Origin: the human T2T-CHM13v2.0 reference genome, Homo sapiens
Assembly (NCBI RefSeq): GCF_009914755.1
Contig: NC_060948.1
Reading direction: 5' to 3' (one strand)
Length of the DNA stretch: 64,000 nucleotides
Part shown: piece by piece, positions 20,065 to 39,400 of the stretch
How positions within the stretch are numbered: position 1 is the first letter of the stretch
Layout: each line of letters opens with the position of its first letter
Notes under the pieces: model-generated
Databases searched by the model: none
What the model was told of the DNA's origin: nothing
Seen by the model: only the letters and a program-made list of their open reading frames with translations
Made by a program: the position numbers and the translations under genes

Positions 20065-22169
20065 AGATCCATATTTTTTAAATGAAAAAAAATTTCAAAG
20101 GTACTCTGCTTGGTACAATAATCAAATGTATAAACTGAGGAATAAAACATAACCATGAAACCTACTTATAACTGCATATGGAAAATACAGAGGATAATTT
20201 TTTAAATAACATATTTTGAAAGCCTTAACTAGTAATTTGAAGAGTTGGCATTTGAAAGGCCAGTATGAATATACCTTCAAAGCAGCAACACAGGTTCCCC
20301 ATGAGAAAAAGCAAACACAGGGAAAATAAAAACACAAAGGTTCAATCTCTTCTGACCTTTGAAAGACACAGCACAGACAGTGGTCCTTAGGACGAAGAGC
20401 AGGAGACCCCTAATTCCGTCACCATGGCGATAGGGCATAAACATTGCTGGGTGAGGGCACAATCCACATTGTGAGGTCCAACTGCTGCCAGGAAGACAGG
20501 AGTGCTTTTACATAGACCGAAAGGTCATTGAAGGCTCAGAGTTTTGTTTCAAGAACTGAATCCCAAGCCCACACGTTATTAGGCTGCGCTTCTTAAAACA
20601 AGTTATGAGATGGGAAAAAGGGCACCCACAAACATACGTATACATTATGTATATAATAATATACAGTATCATATATATAATATATATAACCTATGTATAA
20701 TATTGTTTTACATCCTGCATCTTATGTTATATATATTGTATAAAATATAATAATTGATAATATATAAGTTTTATAATTATACAATATGACATATAGTATA
20801 TATTATAATTTATGACATATATAATATATGTTATATGTCATATATAGAATATATTATACGGTTAATATACGTATTAAATATAAATTATACATTATATATA
20901 TTATATATAATATATCTGTTATATATAATACCCATTATGCATAATATATATATTATGTCTATGTTATATATAGTATAAAACAACATATAATAATATATAA
21001 TTGTATATATAAAATGCGACATATAATATATATTATATTTTATAACATATGTAATATATATTATATATTATATATAATACGTTGTATGTATAATACCTAT
21101 ACTAAATATATATTATATGACTATGTTATTGATTACATGTCACATGTGTTATATATTATATATTTTACATAGAATATACCGGTTACATACAATATATACT
21201 ATATTACCTATGATGTATAATTTATTACATGTAAAATAAAGAATTCAATATATTATGTATAATTTATAATATACAATATGTGGAATGTGATATATATAAC
21301 ATATAATATATGATATATGATATACAGTATATGATATATAACATACAATATATGATTCCTAATATATATGGTATACAATATATATTTTATGATATGTATT
21401 CTATATGTTTTATATTCTGTTATATATAACTATTTGAAATTATATATAACTGTATAATATTTTATGTAAATATGTAATATAATATATATAACTATATAAT
21501 ATATTATATATAACTATATATTATGTTATATATACTTTTATAACATAATTTACATAAAATATCATAATATAATATATATTATATTATTTCATATTACATA
21601 ATATATATTACATATCACCCAATATAACTAACATACATAATATTATAATATAGATTATATTATGTTATATTAAATATCATATATATCATGTATCATATAT
21701 TCTATAATATATATTACACATTATATAATATGTATGTTGTCTATTATGTGATATATATAACTATATATATAATTATATTTTTATACATATAACTAGATAA
21801 ACATGTAATTCTACATATTTTCATTTATAATATGTAGAATTATATAATCATATATAATTATTTATATTCTATAAAAAATTTTATCATTATATAAATTATA
21901 ATATATAAAAATTATAATATGTACTACAAATATATATATTATATATCATATATGATATAGTACTTTTGTTATATATCATAATACATATAAATGTGTATTA
22001 TGTTATCTATAATTATATAATTTCATATATAAGATGTATAATATGTATCATATATTATATATGTTATGTAATATATATAGTATATATAAGATGACACAGG
22101 ATAAATATTATATACTATGACATATAAAATATATGAGGTTATATGTTACATATAAGGCATAGCACATAA

Positions 22170-22484
<315 letters not shown>

Positions 22485-24612
22485 AGATCCGTATTTTTTA
22501 AATGAAAAAAAATTTCAAAGGTACTCTGCTTGGTACAATAATCAAATGTATAAACTGAGGAATAAAACATAACCATGAAACCTACTTATAACTGCATATG
22601 GAAAATACAGAGGATAATTTTTTAAATAACATATTTTGAAAGCCTTAACTAGTAATTTGAAGAGTTGGCATTTGAAAGGCCAGTATGAATATACCTTCAA
22701 AGCAGCAACACAGGTTCCCCATGAGAAAAAGCAAACACAGGGAAAATAAAAACACAAAGGTTCAATCTCTTCTGACCTTTGAAAGACACAGCACAGACAG
22801 TGGTCCTTAGGACGAAGAGCAGGAGACCCCTAATTCCGTCACCATGGCGATAGGGCATAAACATTGCTGGGTGAGGGCACAATCCACATTGTGAGGTCCA
22901 ACTGCTGCCAGGAAGACAGGAGTGCTTTTACATAGACCGAAAGGTCATTGAAGGCTCAGAGTTTTGTTTCAAGAACTGAATCACAAGCCCACACGTTATT
23001 AGGCTGCGCTTCTTAAAACAAGTTATGAGATGGGAAAAAGGGCACCCACAAACATACGTATACATTATGTATATAATAATATACAGTATCATATATATAA
23101 TATATATAACCTATGTATAATATTGTTTTACATCCTGCATCTTATGTTATATATATTGTATAAAATATAATAATTGATAATATATAAGTTTTATAATTAT
23201 ACAATATGACATATAGTATATATTATAATTTATGACATATATAATATATGTTATATATCATATATAGAATATATTATACGGTTAATATTCGTATTAAATA
23301 TAAATTATACATTATATATATTATATATAATATATCTGTTATATATAATACCCATTATGCATAATATATATATTATGTCTATGTTATATATAGTATAAAA
23401 CAACATATAATAATATATAATTGTATATATAAAATGCGACATATAATATATATTATATTTTATAACATATGTAATATATATTATATATTATATATAATAC
23501 GTTGTATGTATAATACCTATATTAAATATATATTATATGACTATGTTATTAATTACATGTCACATGTGTTATATATTATATATTTTACATAGAATATACC
23601 GGTTACATACAATATATACTATGTTACCTATAATGTATAATTTATTACATGTAAAATAAAGAATGCAATATATTATGTATAATTTATAATATACAATATG
23701 TGGAATGTGATATATATAACATATAATATATGATATATGATATACAGTATATGATATATAACATACAATATATGATTCCTAATATATATGGTATACAATA
23801 TATATTTTATGATATGTATTCTATATGTTTTATATTCTGTTATATATAACTATTTGAAATTATATATAACTGTATAATATTTTATGTAAATATGTAATAT
23901 AATATATATAACTATATAATATATTATATATAACTATATATTATGTTATATATACTTTTATTACATAATTTACATAAAATATCATAATATAATATATATT
24001 ATATTATTTCATATTACATAATATATATTACATATCACCCAATATAACTAACATACATAATATTATAATATAGATTATATTATGTTATATTAAATATCAT
24101 ATATATCATGTATCATATATTCTATAATATATATTACACTTTATATAATATGTATGTTGTCTCTTATGTGATATATATAACTATATATATAATTATATTT
24201 TTATACATATAACTAGATAAACATGTAATTCTACATATTTTCATTTATAATATGTAGAATTATATAATCATATATAATTATTTATATTCTATAAAAAATT
24301 TTATCATTATATAAATTATAATATATAAAAATTATAATATGTACTACAAATATATATATTATATATCATATATGATATAGTACCTTTGTTATATATCATA
24401 ATACATATAAATGTGTATTATGTTATCTATAATTATATAATTTCATATATAAGATGTATAATATGTATCATATATTATATATGTTATGTAATATATATAG
24501 TATATATAAGATGACACAGGATAAATATTATATACTATGACATATAAAATATATGAGGTTATATGTTACATATAAGGCATAGCACATAACATGTAATATA
24601 TATCATATATAA

Positions 24613-24903
24613 TTTTTTTTAGACAGAATCTTGTCCTGTTGCACAGGGTGGGGTACAATGGCGCCATCTTTGCTCACTGCAACTTCTGCCTCACGGGTCC
24701 AAGCGATTGTCCTCCCTCAGCCTCCCAGGTAGCTGGGACTACACCACACTGGGACTACACCAGCTGCCACCATGCCTAGCTAATTTTTTGGATTTTTAGT
24801 AGTGACAGCGTTTCACTGTATTGGCCAGGATGGTCTTGATCTCTTCACCTTGTGATCCCCTTGCCTTGGCCTCCAAATTTGCTGGGATTACAGGCCTGAG
24901 CCA
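24613..24903 (-). mobile_element. Diverged Alu, U11 (T8 tail)
   Basis: Near-identical to U1 Alu. Confidence 0.95.
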
Positions 24904-27031
24904 AGATCCGTATTTTTTAAACGAAAAAAAATTTCAAAGGTACTCTGCTTGGTACAATAATCAAATGTATAAACTGAGGAATAAAACATAACCATGAAAC
25001 CTACTTATAACTGCATATGGAAAATACAGAGGATAATTTTTTAAATAACATATTTTGAAAGCCTTAACTAGTAATTTGAAGAGTTGGCATTTGAAAGGCC
25101 AGTATGAATATACCTTCAAAGCATCAACACAGGTTCCCCATGAGAAAAAGCAAACACAGGGAAAATAAAAACACAAAGGTTCAATCTCTTCTGACCTTTG
25201 AAAGACACAGCACAGACAGTGGTCCTTAGGACGAAGAGCAGGAGACCCCTAATTCCGTCACCATGGCGATAGGACATAAACATTGCTGGGTGAGGGCACA
25301 ATCCACATTGTGAGGTCCAACTGCTGCCAGGAAGACAGGAGTGCTTTTACATAGACCGAAAGGTCATTGAAGGCTCAGAGTTTTGTTTCAAGAACTGAAT
25401 CACAAGCCCACACGTTATTAGGCTGCGCTTCTTAAAACAAGTTATGAGATGGGAAAAAGGGCACCCACAAACATACGTATACATTATGTATATAATAATA
25501 TACAGTATCATATATATAATATATATAACCTATGTATAATATTGTTTTACATCCTGCATCTTATGTTATATATATTGTATAAAATATAATAATTGATAAT
25601 ATATAAGTTTTATAATTATACAATATGACATATAGTATATATTATAATTTATGACATATATAATATATGTTATATATCATATATAGAATATATTATACGG
25701 TTAATATTCGTATTAAATATAAATTATACATTATATATATTATATATAATATATCTGTTATATATAATACCCATTATGCATAATATATATATTATGTCTA
25801 TGTTATATATAGTATAAAACAACATATAATAATATATAATTGTATATATAAAATGCGACATATAATATATATTATATTTTATAACATATGTAATATATAT
25901 TATATATTATATATAATACGTTGTATGTATAATACCTATATTAAATATATATTATATGACTATGTTATTAATTACATGTCACATGTGTTATATATTATAT
26001 ATTTTACATAGAATATACCGGTTACATACAATATATACTATGTTACCTATAATGTATAATTTATTACATGTAAAATAAAGAATGCAATATATTATGTATA
26101 ATTTATAATATACAATATGTGGAATGTGATATATATAACATATAATATATGATATATGATATACAGTATATGATATATAACATACAATATATGATTCCTA
26201 ATATATATGGTATACAATATATATTTTATGATATGTATTCTATATGTTTTATATTCTGTTATATATAACTATTTGAAATTATATATAACTGTATAATATT
26301 TTATGTAAATATGTAATATAATATATATAACTATATAATATATTATATATAACTATATATTATGTTATATATACTTTTATTACATAATTTACATAAAATA
26401 TCATAATATAATATATATTATATTATTTCATATTACATAATATATATTACATATCACCCAATATAACTAACATACATAATATTATAATATAGATTATATT
26501 ATGTTATATTAAATATCATATATATCATGTATCATATATTCTATAATATATATTACACATTATATATTATGTATGTTGTCTATTATGTGATATATATAAC
26601 TATATATATAATTATATTTTTATACATATAACTAGATAAACATGTAATTCTACATATTTTCATTTATAATATGTAGAATTATATAATCATATATAATTAT
26701 TTATATTCTATAAAAAATTTTATCATTATATGAATTATAATATATAAAAATTATAATATGTACTACAAATATATATATTATATATCATATATGATATAGT
26801 ACCTTTGTTATATATCATAATACATATAAATGTGTATTATGTTATCTATAATTATATAATTTCATATATAAGATGTATAATATGTATCATATATTATATA
26901 TGTTATGTAATATATATTGTATATATAAGATGACACAGGATAAATATTATATACTATGACATATAAAATATATGAGGTTATATGTTACATATAAGGCATA
27001 GCACATAACATGTAATATATATCATATATAA

Positions 27032-27323
27032 TTTTTTTTTAGATACAATCTTGTCCTGTTGCACAGGGTGGGGTACAATGGCGCCATCTTTGCTCACTGC
27101 AACTTCTGCCTCACGGGTCCAAGCGATTGTCCTCCCTCAGCCTCCCAGGTAGCTGGGACTACACCACACTGGGACTACACCAGCTGCCACCATGCCTAGC
27201 TAATTTTTTGGATTTTTAGTAGTGACAGCGTTTCACTGTATTGGCCAGGATGGTCTTGATCTCTTCACCTTGTGATCCCCTTGCCTTGGCCTCCAAATTT
27301 GCTGGGATTACAGGCCTGAGCCA
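27032..27323 (-). mobile_element. Diverged Alu, U12
   Basis: Near-identical to U1 Alu; agatacaatc variant as in U8. Confidence 0.95.
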
Positions 27324-29428
27324 AGATCCGTATTTTTTAAATGAAAAAAAATTTCAAAGGTACTCTGCTTGGTACAATAATCAAATGTATAAACTGAGGA
27401 ATAAAACATAACCATGAAACCTACTTATAACTGCATATGGAAAATACAGAGGATAATTTTTTAAATAACATATTTTGAAAGCCTTAACTAGTAATTTGAA
27501 GAGTTGGCATTTGAAAGGCCAGTATGAATATACCTTCAAAGCAGCAACACAGGTTCCCCATGAGAAAAAGCAAACACAGGGAAAATAAAAACACAAAGGT
27601 TCAATCTCTTCTGACCTTTGAAAGACACAGCACAGACAGTGGTCCTTAGGACGAAGAGCAGGAGACCCCTAATTCCGTCACCATGGCGATAGGGCATAAA
27701 AATTGCTGGGTGAGGGCACAATCCACATTGTGAGGTCCTACTGCTGCCAGGAAGACAGGAGTGCTTTTACATAGACCGAAAGGTCATTGAAGGCTCAGAG
27801 TTTTGTTTCAAGAACTGAATCCCAAGCCCACACGTTATTAGGCTGCGCTTCTTAAAACAAGTTATGAGATGGGAAAAAGGGCACCCACAAACATACGTAT
27901 ACATTATGTATATAATAATATACAGTATCATATATATAATATATATAACCTATGTATAATATTGTTTTACATCCTGCATCTTATGTTATATATATTGTAT
28001 AAAATATAATAATTGATAATATATAAGTTTTATAATTATACAATATGACATATAGTATATATTATAATTTATGACATATATAATATATGTTATATATCAT
28101 ATATAGAATATATTATACGGTTAATATACGTATTAAATATAAATTATACATTATATATATTATATATAATATATCTGTTATATATAATACCCATTATGCA
28201 TAATATATATATTATGTCTATGTTATATATAGTATAAAACAACATATAATAATACATAATTGTATATATAAAATGCGACATATAATATATATTATATTTT
28301 ATAACATATGTAATATATATTATATATTATATATAATACATTGTATGTATAATACCTATATTAAATATATATTATATGACTATGTTATTCATTACATGTC
28401 ACATGTGTTATATATTATATATTTTACATAGAATATACCGGTTACATACAATATATACTATGTTACCTATAATGTATAATTTATTACATGTAAAATAAAG
28501 AATGCAATATATTATGTATAATTTATAATATACAATATGTGGAATGTGATATATATAACATATAATATATGATATATGATATACAGTATATGATATATAA
28601 CATACAATATATGATTCCTAATATATATGGTATACAATATATATTTTATGATATGTATTCTATATGTTTTATATTCTGTTATATATAACTATTTGAAATT
28701 ATATATAACTGTATAATATTTTATGTAAATATGTAATATAATATATATAACTATATGATATATTATATATAACTATATATTATGTTATATATACTTTTAT
28801 AACATAATTTACATAAAATATCATAATATAATATATATTATATTATTTCATATTACATAATAAATATTACATATCACCCAATATAACTAACATACATAAT
28901 ATTATAATATAGATTATATTATGTTATATTAAATATCATATATATCATGTATCATATATTCTATAATATATATTACACATTATATAATATGTATGTTGTC
29001 TATTATGTGATATATATAACTATATATATAATTATATTTTTATACATATAACTAGATAAACATGTAATTCTACATATTTTCATTTATAATATGTAGAATT
29101 ATATAATCATATATAATTATTTATATTCTATAAAAAATTTTATCATTATATGAATTACAATATATAAAAATTATAATATGTACTACAAATATATATATTA
29201 TATATCATATATGATATAGTACCTTTGTTATATATCATAATACATATAAATGTGTATTATGTTATCTATAATTATATAATTTCATATATAAGATGTATAA
29301 TATGTATCATATATTATATATGTTATGTAATATATATAGTATATATAAGATGACACAGGATAAATATTATATACTATGACATATAAAATATATGAGGTTA
29401 TATGTTACATATAAGGCATAGCACATAA

Positions 29429-29743
<315 letters not shown>

Positions 29744-31841
29744 AGATCCGTATTTTTTAAATGAAAAAAAATTTCAAAGGTACTCTGCTTGGTACAATAA
29801 TCAAATGTATAAACTGAGGAATAAAACATAACCATGAAACCTACTTATAACTGCATATGGAAAATACAGAGGATAATTTTTTAAATAACATATTTTGAAA
29901 GCCTTAACTAGTAATTTGAAGAGTTGGCATTTGAAAGGCCAGTATGAATATACCTTCAAAGCAGCAACACAGGTTCCCCATGAGAAAAAGCAAACACAGG
30001 GAAAATAAAAACACAAAGGTTCAATCTCTTCTGACCTTTGAAAGACACAGCACAGACAGTGGTCCTTAGGACGAAGAGCAGGAGACCCCTAATTCCGTCA
30101 CCATGGCGATAGGGCATAAACATTGCTGGGTGAGGGCACAATCCACATTGTGAGGTCCAACTGCTGCCAGGAAGACAGGAGTGCTTTTACATAGACCGAA
30201 AGGTCATTGAAGGCTCAGAGTTTTGTTTCAAGAACTGAATCCCAAGCCCACACGTTATTAGGCTGCGCTTCTTAAAACAAGTTATGAGATGGGAAAAAGG
30301 GCACCCACAAACATACGTATACATTATGTATATAATAATATACAGTATCATATATATAATATATATAACCTATGTATAATATTGTTTTACATCCTGCATC
30401 TTCTGTTATATATATTGTATAAAATATAATAATTGATAATATATAAGTTTTATAATTATACAATATGACATATAGTATATATTATAATTTATGACATATA
30501 TAATATATGTTATATGTCATATATAGAATATATTATACGGTTAATATACGTATTAAATATAAATTATACATTATATATATTATATATAATATATCTGTTA
30601 TATATAATACCCATTATGCATAATATATATATTATGTCTATGTTATATATAGCATAAAACAACATATAATAATATATAATTGTATATATAAAATGCGACA
30701 TATAATATATATTATATTTTATAACATATGTAATATATATTATATATAATACGTTGTATGTATAATACCTATATTAAATATATATTATATGACTATGTTA
30801 TTCATTACATGTCACATGTGTTATATATTATATATTTTACATAGAATATACCGGTTACATACAATATATACTATGTTACCTATAATGTATAATTTATTAC
30901 ATGTAAAATAAAGACTGCAATATAGTATGTATAATTTATAATATACAATATGTGGAATGTGATATATGTAACATATAATATATGATATATGATATACAGT
31001 ATATGATATATAACATACAATATATGATTCCTATATATATGGTATACAATATATATTTTATGATATGTATTCTATATGTTTTATATTCTGTTATATATAA
31101 CTATTTGAAATTATATATAACTGTATAATTTTTATGTAAATATGTAATATAATATATTTAACTATATAATATATTATATATAACTATATATTATGTTATA
31201 TATACTTTTATAACATAATTTACATAAAATATCATAATATAATATATATTATATTATTTCATATTACATAATATATATTACATATCACCCAATATAACTA
31301 ACATACATAATATTATAATATAGATTATATTATGTTATATTAAATATCATATATATCATGTATCATATATTCTATAATATATATTACACATTATATAATA
31401 TGTATGTTGTCTATTATGTGATATATATAACTATATATATAATTATATTTTTATACATATAACTAGATAAACATGTAATTCTACATATTTTCATTTATAA
31501 TATGTAGAATTATATAATCATATATAATTATTTATATTCTATAAAAAATTTTATCATTATATAAATTATAATATATAAAAATTATAATATGTACTACAAA
31601 TATATATATATTATATATCATATATGATATAGTACCTTTGTTATATATCATAATACATATAAATGTGTATTATGTTATCTATAATTATATAATTTCATAT
31701 ATAAGATGTATAATATGTATCATATATTATATATGTTATGTAATATATATAGTATATATAAGATGACACAGGATAAATATTATATACTATGACATATAAA
31801 ATATATGAGGTTATATGTTACATATAAGGCATAGCACATAA

Positions 31842-32156
<315 letters not shown>

Positions 32157-34251
32157 AGATCCATATTTTTTAAATGAAAAAAAATTTCAAAGGTACTCTG
32201 CTTGGTACAATAATCAAATGTATAAACTGAGGAATAAAACATAACCATGAAACCTACTTATAACTGCATATGGAAAATACAGAGGATAATTTTTTAAATA
32301 ACATATTTTGAAAGCCTTAACTAGTAATTTGAAGAGTTGGCATTTGAAAGGCCAGTATGAATATACCTTCAAAGCAGCAACACAGGTTCCCCATGAGAAA
32401 AAGCAAACACAGGGAAAATAAAAACACAAAGGTTCAATCTCTTCTGACCTTTGAAAGACACAGCACAGACAGTGGTCCTTAGGACGAAGAGCAGGAGACC
32501 CCTAATTCCGTCACCATGGCGATAGGGCATAAACATTGCTGGGTGAGGGCACAATCCACATTGTGAGGTCCAACTGCTGCCAGGAAGACAGGAGTGCTTT
32601 TACATAGACCGAAAGGTCATTGAAGGCTCAGAGTTTTGTTTCAAGAACTGAATACCAAGCCCACACGTTATTAGGCTGCGCTTCTTAAAACAAGTTATGA
32701 GACGGGAAAAAGGGCACCCACAAACATACGTATACATTATGTATATAATAATATACAGTATCATATATATAATATATATAACCTATGTATAATATTGTTT
32801 TACATCCTGCATCTTATGTTATATATATTGTATAAAATATAATAATTGATAATATATAAGTTTTATAATTATACAATATGACATATAGTATATATTATAA
32901 TTTATGACATATATAATATATGTTATATATCATATATAGAATATATTATACGGTTAATATACGTATTAAATATAAATTATACATTATATATATTATATAT
33001 AATATATCTGTTATATATAATACCCATCATGCATAGTATATATATTATGTCTATGTTATATATAGTATAAAACAACATATAATAATATATAATTGTATAT
33101 ATAAAATGCGACATAGAATATATATTATATTTTATAACATATGTAATATATATTATATATAATACGTTGTATGTATAATACCTATATTAAATATATATTA
33201 TATGACTATGTTATTAATTACATGTCACATGTGTTATATATTATATATTTTACATAGAATATACCGGTTACATACAATATATACTATGTTACCTATAATG
33301 TATAATTTATTACATGTAAAATAAAGACTGCAATATATTATGTATAATTTATAATATACAATATGTGGAATGTGATATATATAACATATAATATATGATA
33401 TATGATATACAGTATATGATATATAACATACAATATATGATTCCTAATATATATGGTATACAATATATATTTTATGATATGTATTCTATATGTTTTATAT
33501 TCTGTTATATATAACTATTTGAAATTATATATAACTGTATAATATTTTATGTAAATATGTAATATAATATATATAACTATATAATATATTATATATAACT
33601 ATATATTATGTTATATATACTTTTATAACATAATTTACATAAAATATCATAATATAATATATATTATATTATTTCATATTACATAATATATATTACATAT
33701 CACCCAATATAACTAACATACATAATATTATAATATAGATTATATTGTGTTATATTAAATATCATATATATCATGTGTCATATATTCTATAATATATATT
33801 ACACATTATATAATATGTATGTTGTCTATTATGTGATATACATAACTATATATATAATTATATTTTTATACATATAACTAGATAAACATGTAATTCTACA
33901 TATTTTCATTTATATGTAGAATTATATAATCATATATAATTATTTATATTCTATAAAAAATTTTATCATTATATAAATTATAATATATAAAAATTATAAT
34001 ATGTACTACAAATATATATATTATATATCATATATGATATAGTACCTTTGTTATATATCATAATACATATAAATGTGTATTATGTTATCTATAATTATAT
34101 AATTTCATATATAAGATGTATAATATGTATCATATATTATATATGTTATGTAATATATATAGTATATATAAGATGACACAGGATAAATATTATATACTAT
34201 GACATATAAAATATATGAGGTTATATGTTACATATAAGGCATAGCACATAA

Positions 34252-34566
<315 letters not shown>

Positions 34567-36688
34567 AGATCCATATTTTTTAAATGAAAAAAAATTTCAA
34601 AGGTACTCTGCTTGGTACAATAATCAAATGTATAAACTGAGGAATAAAACATAACCATGAAACCTACTTATAACTGCATATGGAAAATACAGAGGATAAT
34701 TTTTTAAATAACATATTTTGAAAGCCTTAACTAGTAATTTGAAGAGTTGGCATTTGAAAGGCCAGTATGAATATACCTTCAAAGCAGCAACACAGGTTCC
34801 CCATGAGAAAAAGCAAACACAGGGAAAACAAAAACACAAAGGTTCAATCTCTTCTGACCTTTGAAAGACACAGCACAGACAGTGGTCCTTAGGACGAAGA
34901 GCAGGAGACCCCTAATTCCGTCACCATGGCGATAGGGCATAAACATTGCTGGGTGAGGGCACAATCCACATTGTGAGGTCCAACTGCTGCCAGGAAGACA
35001 GGAGTGCTTTTACATAGACCGAAAGGTCATTGAAGGCTCAGAGTTTTGTTTCAAGAACTGAATCCCAAGCCCACACGTTATTAGGCTGCGCTTCTTAAAA
35101 CAAGTTATGAGATGGGAAAAAGGGCACCCACAAACATACGTATACATTATGTATATAATAATATACAGTATCATATATATAATATATATAACCTATGTAT
35201 AATATTGTTTTACATCCTGCATCTTCTGTTATATATATTGTATAAAATATAATAATTGATAATATATAAGTTTTATAATTATACAATATGACATATAGTA
35301 TATATTATAATTTATGACATATATAATATATGTTATATGTCATATATAGAATATATTATACGGTTAATATACGTATTAAATATAAATTATACATTATATA
35401 TATTATATATAATATATCTGTTATATATAATACCCATTATGCATAATATATATATTATGTCTATGTTATATATAGTATAAAACAACATATAATAATATAT
35501 AATTGTATATATAAAATGCGACATATAATATATATTATATTTTATAACATATGTAATATATATTATATATAATATGTTGTATGTATAATACCTATATTAA
35601 ATATATATTATATGACTATGTTATTAATTACATGTCACATGTGTTATATATTATATATTTTACATAGAATATACCGGTTACATACAATATATACTATGTT
35701 ACCTATAATGTATAATTTATTACATGTAAAATAAAGACTGCAATATAGTATGTATAATTTATAATATACAATATGTGGAATGTGATATATGTAACATATA
35801 ATATATGATATATGATATACAGTATATGATATATAACATACAATATATGATTCCTAATATATATGGTATACAATATATATTTTATGATATGTATTCTATA
35901 TGTTTTATATTCTGTTATATATAACTATTTGAAATTATATATAACTGTATAATTTTTATGTAAATATGTAATATAATATATTTAACTATATAATATATTA
36001 TATATAACTATATATTATGTTATATATACTTTTATAACATAATTTACATAAAATATCATAATATAATATATATTATATTATTTCATATTACATAATATAT
36101 ATTACATATCACCCAATATAACTAACATACATAATATTATAATATAGATTATATTATGTGATATTAAATATCATATATATCATGTATCATATATTCTATA
36201 ATATATATTACACATTATATAATATGTATGTTGTCTATTATGTGATATATATAACTATATATATAATTATATTTTTATACATATAACTACATAAACATGT
36301 AATTCTACATATTTTCATTTATAATATGTAGAATTATATAATCATATATAATTATTTATATTCTATAAAAAATTTTATCATTATATAAATTATAATATAT
36401 AAAAATTATAATATGTACTACAAATATATATATATTATATATCATATATGATATAGTACCTTTGTTATATATCATAATACATATAAATGTGTATTATGTT
36501 ATCTATAATTATATAATTTCATATATAAGATGTATAATATGTATCATATATTATATATGTTATGTAATATATATAGTATATATAAGATGATACAGGATAA
36601 ATATTATATACTATGACATATAAAATATATGAGGTTATATGTTACATATAAGGCATAGCACATAACATGTAATATATATCATATATAA

Positions 36689-36980
<292 letters not shown>

Positions 36981-39085
36981 AGATCCATATTTTTTAAATG
37001 AAAAAAAATTTCAAAGGTACTCTGCTTGGTACAATAATCAAATGTATAAACTGAGGAATAAAACATAACCATGAAACCTACTTATAACTGCATATGGAAA
37101 ATACAGAGGATAATTTTTTAAATAACATATTTTGAAAGCCTTAACTAGTAATTTGAAGAGTTGGCATTTGAAAGGCCAGTATGAATATACCTTCAAAGCA
37201 GCAACACAGGTTCCCCATGAGAAAAAGCAAACACAGGGAAAATAAAAACACAAAGGTTCAATCTCTTCTGACCTTTGAAAGACACAGCACAGACAGTGGT
37301 CCTTAGGACGAAGAGCAGGAGACCCCTAATTCCGTCACCATGGCGATAGGGCATAAACATTGCTGGGTGAGGGCTCAATCCACATTGTGAGGTCCAACTG
37401 CTGCCAGGAAGACTGGAGTGCTTTTACATAGAGCGAAAGGTCATTGAAGGCTCAGAGTTTTGTTTCAAGAACTGAATCCCAAGCCCACACGTTATTAGGC
37501 TGCGCTTCTTAAAACAAGTTATGAGATGGGAAAAAGGGCACCCACAAACATACGTATACATTATGTATATAATAATATACAGTATCATATATATAATATA
37601 TATAACCTATGTATAATATTGTTTTACATCCTGCATCTTATGTTATATATATTGTATAAAATATAATAATTGATAATATATAAGTTTTATAATTATACAA
37701 TATGACATATAGTATATATTATAATTTATGACATATATAATATATGTTATATATCATATATAGAATATATTATACGGTTAATATACGTATTAAATATAAA
37801 TTATACCTTATATATATTATATATAATATATCTGTTATATATAATACCCATTATGCATAATATATATATTATGTCTATGTTATATATAGTATAAAACAAC
37901 ATATAATAATATATAATCGTATACATAAAATGCGACATAGAATATATATTATATTTTATAACATATGTAATATATATTATATATTATATATAATACGTTG
38001 TATGTATAATACCTATATTAAATATATATTATATGACTATGTTATTAATTACATGTCACATGTGTTATATATTATATATTTTACATAGAATATACCGGTA
38101 ACATACAATATATACTATGTTACATATAATGTATAATTTATTACATGTAAAATAAAGAATGCAATATATTATGTATAATTTATAATATACAATATGTGGA
38201 ATGTGATATATGTAACATATAATATATGATATATGATATACAGTATATGATATATAACATACAATATATGATTCCTAATATATATGGTATACAATATATA
38301 TTTTATGATATGTATTCTATATGTTTTATATTCTGTTATATATAACTATTTGAAATTATATATAACTGTATAATATTTTATGTAAATATGTAATATAATA
38401 TATATAACTATATAATATATTATATACAACTATATATTATGTTATATATACTTTTATAACATAATTTACATAAAATATCATAATATAATATATATTATAT
38501 TATTTCATATTACATAATATATATTACATATCACCCAATATAACTAACATACATAATATTATAATATAGATTATATTGTGTTATATTAAATATCATATAT
38601 ATCATGTATCATATATTCTATAATATATATTACACATTATATAATATGTATGTTGTCTATTATGTGATATACATAACTATATATATAATTATATTTTTAT
38701 ACATATAACTAGATAAACATGTAATTCTACATATTTTCATTTATAATATGTAGAATTATATAATCATATATAATTATTTATATTCTATAAAAAATTTTAT
38801 CATTATATGAATTATAATATAAAAAAATTATAATATGTACTACAAATATATATATTATATATCATATATGATATAGTACCTTTGTTATATATCATAATAC
38901 ATATAAATGTGTATTATGTTATCTATAATTATATAATTTCATATATAAGGTGTATAATATGTATCATATATTATATATGTTATGTAATATATATAGTATA
39001 TATAAGATGACACAGGATAAATATTATATACTATGACATATAAAATATATGAGGTTATATGTTACATATAAGGCATAGCACATAA

Positions 39086-39400
<315 letters not shown>

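Noticed and set aside
30272-30463. 63-aa Tyr/Ile-rich ORF (also 35095-35286)
   Set aside because: Low-complexity translation of TA-rich DNA opened by one substitution; useful only as a lineage marker.
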